Shown here: positions 58,127 to 64,000 of the stretch, piece by piece | Layout of the letters: every line of letters begins with the position of its first letter | Numbering within the stretch: position 1 is the stretch's first letter | Assembly (NCBI GenBank): GCA_964036045.1 | Contig: OZ038378.1 | Location: 3,100,001-3,164,000, forward strand | Origin: Eutreptiella sp. 'Long Island Sound 2002' | Lineage: Eukaryota; Protista; Euglenida | Reading direction: 5' to 3' | Length of the DNA: 64,000 bases | The notes under the pieces: model-generated | What the model was told of the DNA's origin: nothing | The model's input: only the letters and a program-made list of their open reading frames with translations | Databases searched by the model: none | Translations under genes and position numbers: made by a program

Positions 58127-58829
58127 GGGAAGGGTGACAAACGACCGTAGGAACGGTTTAGAGATCGAACCCCCAGCGATCAGGCAGAGCCCTGGCAGCC
58201 ACATGCAACTCTCCCAGCGGCGCCCTGTCGTCGTAGTGTCGTGCTGGGGGCACCTCCTCCCGGAGGGGTCACAGCTGGGGTTTGCGGGGCATGCCCACGA
58301 ACGAGATCAGCGACCCCCCCCATTCACGCGTACCTCAGGTTGGCATGCAGGCCATCCCCACGGGACAGAGGGCGAAGCAGTGCCAGCCCTGCCAGAAGGC
58401 CCACACCGGGCGGTTGATCTGGCACGTGCCTCTGACGCAGGCAGCCCGCGCACTCTATCGCGAAGTGGAGGACTTCCTGCACAAAACCACAGCACAGAAC
58501 TGAGCCAGTGCGGGTAGGTTTGGCGGTAATGTTCTCTACCCCCCCCCCCCCCACCCCCACACCATCCCTTGAAGCCCCCCTGCTCCCTCCCTAGGCCTTT
58601 ATGACCCCCCCGCCCCTCCGGTGGTACTTGGTGCTACAGCCCCAGGAGCAGCCCCCCCCTCCCCCCGGAAAAAATAAAACGGAATGGCACATGGGACGGA
58701 GGGTGTTTGTGGAGGGGGTTCGGAGGGGAAGGAGGACTCGGCTCTCGGGCGCCGGCAGCACGTGTCTTGCAGCTTCGCCTCTAGAAGGCCGGGGTGATCG
58801 CCACTCATGACACCTGAAGGCGTTTGGCT

Positions 58830-59170
58830 CAATGCTCCGAACGAGTGGGCACAATGCTGGGCCAAAGGAGGCACCGTTGGGGCGCGAAGCTGGCACCGGT
58901 GGTGGAGATTGAGTGTATCCCGACAATTGTAATTCCTGTATCCAACTGCATCCCAAGCTCCAGAAGTGTGGATCCCAAGTTTTTCTTCGTTTTGTAGTCG
59001 TACGTGCCCAGTTCCCCAGTCCTTCGTTCCCTTGCGGCTCTTCCCCAGACTCGAGGAAGCAAGTACCTTTGAAGCCGCATCTTGCAGCTTTTGGGGCCGG
59101 GGTGCACGTTAATTTCGCATGTATCCTGCGGGCGATGAGTTCTCATTCCTTTTTTCATGGCTTTCATGTC
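58830..59170 (-). mobile_element. probable degenerate LINE fragment: 2A-like motif followed by an APE endonuclease N-terminus
   Basis: CEINVHPGP then LGTYDYKT...LLELGMQLDTGITIVGI, resembling D-V/I-E-x-N-P-G-P and the IGTWNVRT...L..ELD.Y.IDIVGLQE pattern. Confidence 0.4.
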
Positions 59171-61848
59171 ACATCACATGTGGGTCCCAAGGCTCCAGAG
59201 CGTGCGTCCTGTGCGTATCCCAACAACAAGACGCGTGTATCCCGTGATGCTCGTGCTCCGCACTATCTCCTCCTCTGGCGGGCACTGGGCGGCGCAGGAG
59301 CAGGCAATATTGGGGTGACTGGGCGGGGGGTTAGAACAGGCCTGTGCCCATGACATAACGGTTTCGGGGTGCCCGGCTGCAGAAGCCGCAATGTAGACGC
59401 AGTGCGTCTGGTCGCTGACTGTCGTGACTGAACAGTGGAGGTGCCGATCTGATCCCACAGTTGCCAAGCCCCCGGCCCTCGGGGTGTTCTTTCTACGCCA
59501 CAACACGTCTCAGTCGCAGTCAGTGGCCAACGGGGCGGTGGGCGTGTCGGCGACCACGTTCGATGGGGCAGTTTGCGGGTACGCCCATTGGTTGGCAAAC
59601 GCACTGCGGTGGGACGAAATCCATGGGAGTGTGCACGGACGCGGTCGATGCAGAGGGCATCCGCCCGCTGCGGTTGCCGTCGCTGGTCGTCGCTGTTGTG
59701 GTGGTGGTGGTCGTCGTCGTGGGTGTCGTTTGCGTCAGTGAATTTGGGGACGAAGGAGGCGATACAAATCCCACGTTTGCCCCTCCACTTCTGACCCCCA
59801 AGCAGCCCGAGTCACCCTACCCAAGGGGGTCATTCTGGGAACCCTGTATTCTGTGACTCCCCCGATTGCTACTCGCACAGCCATTGCTCCTAAGCATCCG
59901 TGACAGGCCTGGGCTGTCGCGGATGCTGGGATATTGGGCATGAGTTATGGTTGAACGGATTTGGGAGCCCAACAGGCGTTAGCTCCTTACTGTGTCCCAC
60001 GTCTGCAGGCGCTTTGGAAGGAAGAGCAGGTGAGAGGCTCCTGCAGGGTGCATTTCAAGGGAAAGGGAAGGGGAGGTCTTTGTGGGGACAAAGAGAGGCA
60101 GCGAAAAAGTCACCCGTGCGAACATTGGAGGTTGGGCCCTGGATCACTGACATGCGTGAGCGACAGTTGCATAGCAAATTCAAAGAGTGAAAGGCAGGCG
60201 CGTTCTTAGGCGCGCTCACACGTGCGCACATCCTGTGAAAACACAGTTGTGAGTCCGGTGCTGTCCTTTGCATGGTGCCATTTTGCTTTCTGCGTGATTG
60301 CGGGCTCGCCCATGGCCCCTTGTTAAGAGAGCATGTGATGTACTTACCCAAGCCTTGGTGTTCCAAAGGGTGGCAAATTCACCTCTACGAGAGGTTGTTA
60401 GATCAAGGGCAAACGCCAGCAACATATACTCCTATTTGGGGGCATCTGCATAGCATACCCTCAGGCGTTGATTGCTAAATGCAACCCCCCCCTTTTTTTC
60501 GTTGAAATCCTTCGTTCACAAGACAAGAACGTCCGCCAAGATTCTTCCCCCCAGCCCCTCAAATTCGAATTTAGGGGTGGTTCGGACTGGCTTTGACATT
60601 CCGCAGATCGGGTTTGTGTACTGCATCTTCCCGACGAATACATGTGGCACGAATGTTTGCGAATGCAGGCTGTTCAGCGTCGAAGTTTGCCAACCGTATA
60701 TGCCCCCCCCGCCCCCATGGATTTTGAGGGTCGTTGTACGTTTGGGGCTTAATAGGTCGAGCAGCTAACATCACACGTGAGGACCCTCTGAAGGGATGTC
60801 ACCACTGCAGGCCAGGTTTGCCTTCCATGTGTGTACTGTTGCAACATCCGAATCCCGGCCCCCCATGGGGGGTGTCCCTGAGGCCGCCAAAAATGCATCC
60901 AGCGCTTGTGTTAACAAAAATGGCCCAAAACTGCATAAGTGACCATCCCGCACGGCCCAGACAAGCCCCACAGACTAGGGCCCAGAAACGTTTTGGGCAT
61001 TCAAAGCGAAAAATCCCAAAAAAAAACAGATTTCGAGGTCAAAGAAACTGTGTGGGGGCATGCCTTGCTGCTGATATCTGCCTGCCTATGCCTCTTCTGC
61101 TTTTCTTGCTCCCTGCCTTGCGTCCTGCTTTGTGATCTTGCTGCCTCTGAATTCTGTTGCCAGTGCCCTCTGTGGAGTGCAAAGAGCACATGCACTTGTC
61201 AAGATATTGACACGTCAATTGCAACCTGGCAGTGGCAAAAAGTGTACGCTTGGACACGCCAGTGCACACACCCATCTGTCAACTAGTTTTGTTGCCCATG
61301 CTCATAGAATCAACTCGAAATCATACACCTTGTCCCTGTTCAAGGGGGCCACTCAGTGACCCCCCAAAAGGGATGATGGATTCATGGGGTCACAAACATC
61401 ATAGAGGGGTGGCAGATCATGTGCATTGTGCACGTTCAGGCTGCATCTGGCTCATGCAGGGACACATGCATGCTGAAGCAACAGACGCCACAGGCAATCA
61501 AAGCCGCCAGGTCAAGCAAATCTGGAGCATCCCCAGGCACATCGCTCCATCGGCAAGGCTACGGAAAAAGACACAATCCTGTGGAGGGGTGGACGGGTGG
61601 GACAGCCTCTCCGCGTGTACATACATAGAAGCAACTAAGCAGGTGCAAGCAACTAAGCAGGTGCAGGGTGCCGTGCTGTTTGTCTTGCTCTGCATTCTGA
61701 ACCGAATGCATCTATACTGAAGCTGTGTTACAAACATCCATTCAGGCTGCATTCGGCTCAGTATGCAAGCACACATGCATGTAGAAGCAACAGGCACCAC
61801 AGGCAATTAACGCTGCCCATCCAATTATGAGATGCATGCGAGTTTCCT

Positions 61849-62310
61849 CAGGGACGGGCGGAACTACATGCAGTCATCTTACTACATACTGACAGTCAAC
61901 TGGTATTTCTGGGACTGCGGGGGAAGTGTGCCAACTGGGAGCGGCAAGGGTGGGTGGGGTCCCGGGGTCCGCTAGCACACGTTGCGCCGTGGACGGCGCT
62001 GCCGCACAAGTGGCAGTTGCTAGGAGATAGTGTGACGGTGCAGTAGGTCCCCTCCCATGTTGGTGTGTAGGGTAATGAGCACGCTGATGCGGGAGCTGTG
62101 AAGGGGTCCGCACAGGCGTATCGAGTAGTGTGTCGTGATAGGGAGATCAGGGACATCTCGAGTGATTTAGGTCTCAAAGAGATGGAAGAGCCCAGTGACA
62201 ATAATATGAGTGGGGCGTCGCAGGATGGGGCAGATTCGGACACAGACGAAGATGATACATTTGCAGGTGGTTCTAGCGGAGGGGAAGAGGACGATAGCAG
62301 TAGCGAGTAG
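61849..62310 (+). pseudogene. RNase H (RNase HI-like, probably retroelement-derived) remnant with two in-frame TAG codons and an acidic tail
   Basis: One frame reads GRAELHAVI-LLHTDSQLV...WERQGWVGSRGPLAHVAPW...VTVQ*VPSHVGV*GNEHADAGAVKG; the E48, D70 and D134 equivalents are present; TAG at 62044 and 62068. Confidence 0.75.
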
Positions 62311-64000
62311 CGAGTAGTTGATGGGGTCATCGCCGTGTAAAAGACGCCTGACTGGGTTCCGGGGGTGGAGCTGCCACGATTGACATGGCGTGCACGAGTC
62401 GTGTGTTGTCACGGTTGAAACGTGGGCATGTGTGCTGTTACAGCCTACCACTGGTTTTTGACCATGCTGCTTTGCATGCATTGTGACTACGAGCGCATAA
62501 CCGGGTTTAGGGGGGGTGAGAGAGCTGACCCAAACCAGCCTATGAGACATTCGATAGCCCGTGGGCGAACTCAAGGCAACATTTAGTACTGGTTTGGAAG
62601 TTTGGAGTTTGGAGGTTTCGAAGTAGAACAATTGCGAGCTATGACCGGTCACCTGTGACACGGGGGCGTTTGGTAGCTGGGTATCCGTTGCTTCATGGCC
62701 CTACCAGCTCAGCCCTGCCCCTATGCAAACACAGCAAAGGACCACTGGGAGGGCCTAGATGGTGCCACATGGCTTCCCATGGCTTTATACGCACTCCCAT
62801 TGCCACCAAATGATCACCCAACAACCATAGCCCAAGGGTCCCAGGGGTTAGCGGAGGTCAACTAGAAATCGCAATTTTTCCGCCATCCCAGAATAGCTAG
62901 AAAATGGCTCAGTCCTCACCACTGGGGCTCCAAAGAGGAGCCGATCTGGGAAGCTTGGAGAAAGCACCCGGATCCTGTGTCATTGGTTCAGGGGTCCATG
63001 GAGAAAAATAGTGGAATGGGAAGTGGGTCCGAATCAACGCACAGTGGTGGCTATCGGCCAATCAAGTTTTGAACCCCCCTCCCCCAAATGGTTCCTAGTA
63101 TGGGGTGGGGGTGGGGGTGGGGGTCTTGTATTTCTATCCGTATCTCCATTCCCGTATCTCTACCCGTATCTCCACCCATACCCGTTCCCATTTCCATATC
63201 TCTCTCCCTGCTCAGCCCCCTCCTGCCACCCTCCCCACCGATGCCAGGCAATTGCAATGGAGACAATGTCATTTCTCCATCACCTTCCCCTTCTGTCACC
63301 TCTACTGTCCTGATTGCCGGAGTGTAGGACATGGTCGGTTCCCTGCTCTCCCCTGTCCGTTTCTTTTCTTGGCGTCCTACCGGCCCTTCTCTGCGCCCTG
63401 TAGACCCCACCCCCAGTTATAAGCAAGCGCTAATGTTTTTTTGCTTGCTTGCATTTCAAACAACCCCTGTTTTCACTACAGAAAGATGGCTCTTCCTAAC
63501 ACCAATGACCCCCATTGCTTTTACGATGACATCGCAGCAGCCGGAGAGGAGGATGAAGTGGTTGTTTAGGATTTTTATGAGGCTGCGACAGCTTTTGAGG
63601 ACGCACACAGCATTAGTGCAGAATCAAGTGAAGGCGTAGAAGAACATGCAGTTGCAAATGCCTCTTTCCGCGGCTCTTTCTCTTGTGTTTGGGGTCGCCA
63701 GTTTGCCATGCTTGTTTACATTCCAGACCTCAAAAATATAAGCAAGCACGCTTGTTTTCATTTTGGTGCTTGCTTATATTTTTTACTTATCGTGCCTATC
63801 CTTCCTTTACCATGGACCCCAGTCCCTCCCTATTCAGGATGCGGCCATTGTCATCCGTGGTGCTGTACTGTACATGGCAATGTTCCGCTGCGTGTCATTC
63901 TTCCTGCAGACGCGAGGAGATCGTACCGTTCTCTCCAGTGCTATTCAGGGTGGTGTCACAAAGTCGCCGAAGGCTCGTGTAGCCCAATCCACCTATTGAT

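Noticed and set aside
58830-62310. 2A/APE relic and RNase H relic as parts of one LINE insertion
   Set aside because: They are on opposite strands with no RT motifs between them.
61849-63570. Reassigned TAG codon (in-frame TAGs in the RNase H relic and other ORFs)
   Set aside because: One TAG replaces a conserved Trp (TGG to TAG transition), and no in-frame TAG is needed in ~3200 codons of the three well-supported genes. Ordinary pseudogene decay explains it.
1-64000. tRNA, rRNA, snRNA or spliced-leader RNA genes
   Set aside because: No T-loop/cloverleaf, rRNA signature or euglenozoan SL exon was recognised by eye; a covariance-model search was not possible.

Overview
Eukaryotic genomic DNA: GC3-rich exons separated by long GT-AG introns packed with microsatellites, minisatellites, G/C homopolymer runs and small non-autonomous DNA transposons. 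The style and the TTAGGG-type telomeric hexamers are compatible with a euglenid/euglenozoan flagellate, but this is an inference. Four plus-strand genes can be supported. (1) The 3' part of a divergent poly(A) polymerase-like gene (1-559), with an apparent frameshift in a T8 run. (2) A gene of at least 8 exons (4888-15163) whose phase-compatible splicing fuses an N-terminal NYN/PIN-like nuclease domain to a DEAH-box helicase with HA2 and a Spindle-E/TDRD9-like RRM-type region; this is the most interesting object in the window. (3) An 11-exon CFAP61 (20011-40676, about 1180 aa). (4) A 5-exon CCT1/TCP1-alpha (46870-57910, 548 aa). Intergenic DNA holds degenerate transposon remnants: a DDE_Tnp_4-like transposase, two APE-endonuclease LINE fragments (one with a possible 2A-like motif) and an RNase H. 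CFAP61 intron 6 carries a tandem array of a ~1.1 kb element whose junctions contain telomeric repeats. Most ORFs in the supplied track are repeat-derived or antisense artefacts. No tRNA, rRNA, spliced-leader RNA or CRISPR array was recognised. All exon coordinates and homology calls were made by eye and need RNA-seq and HMM confirmation.
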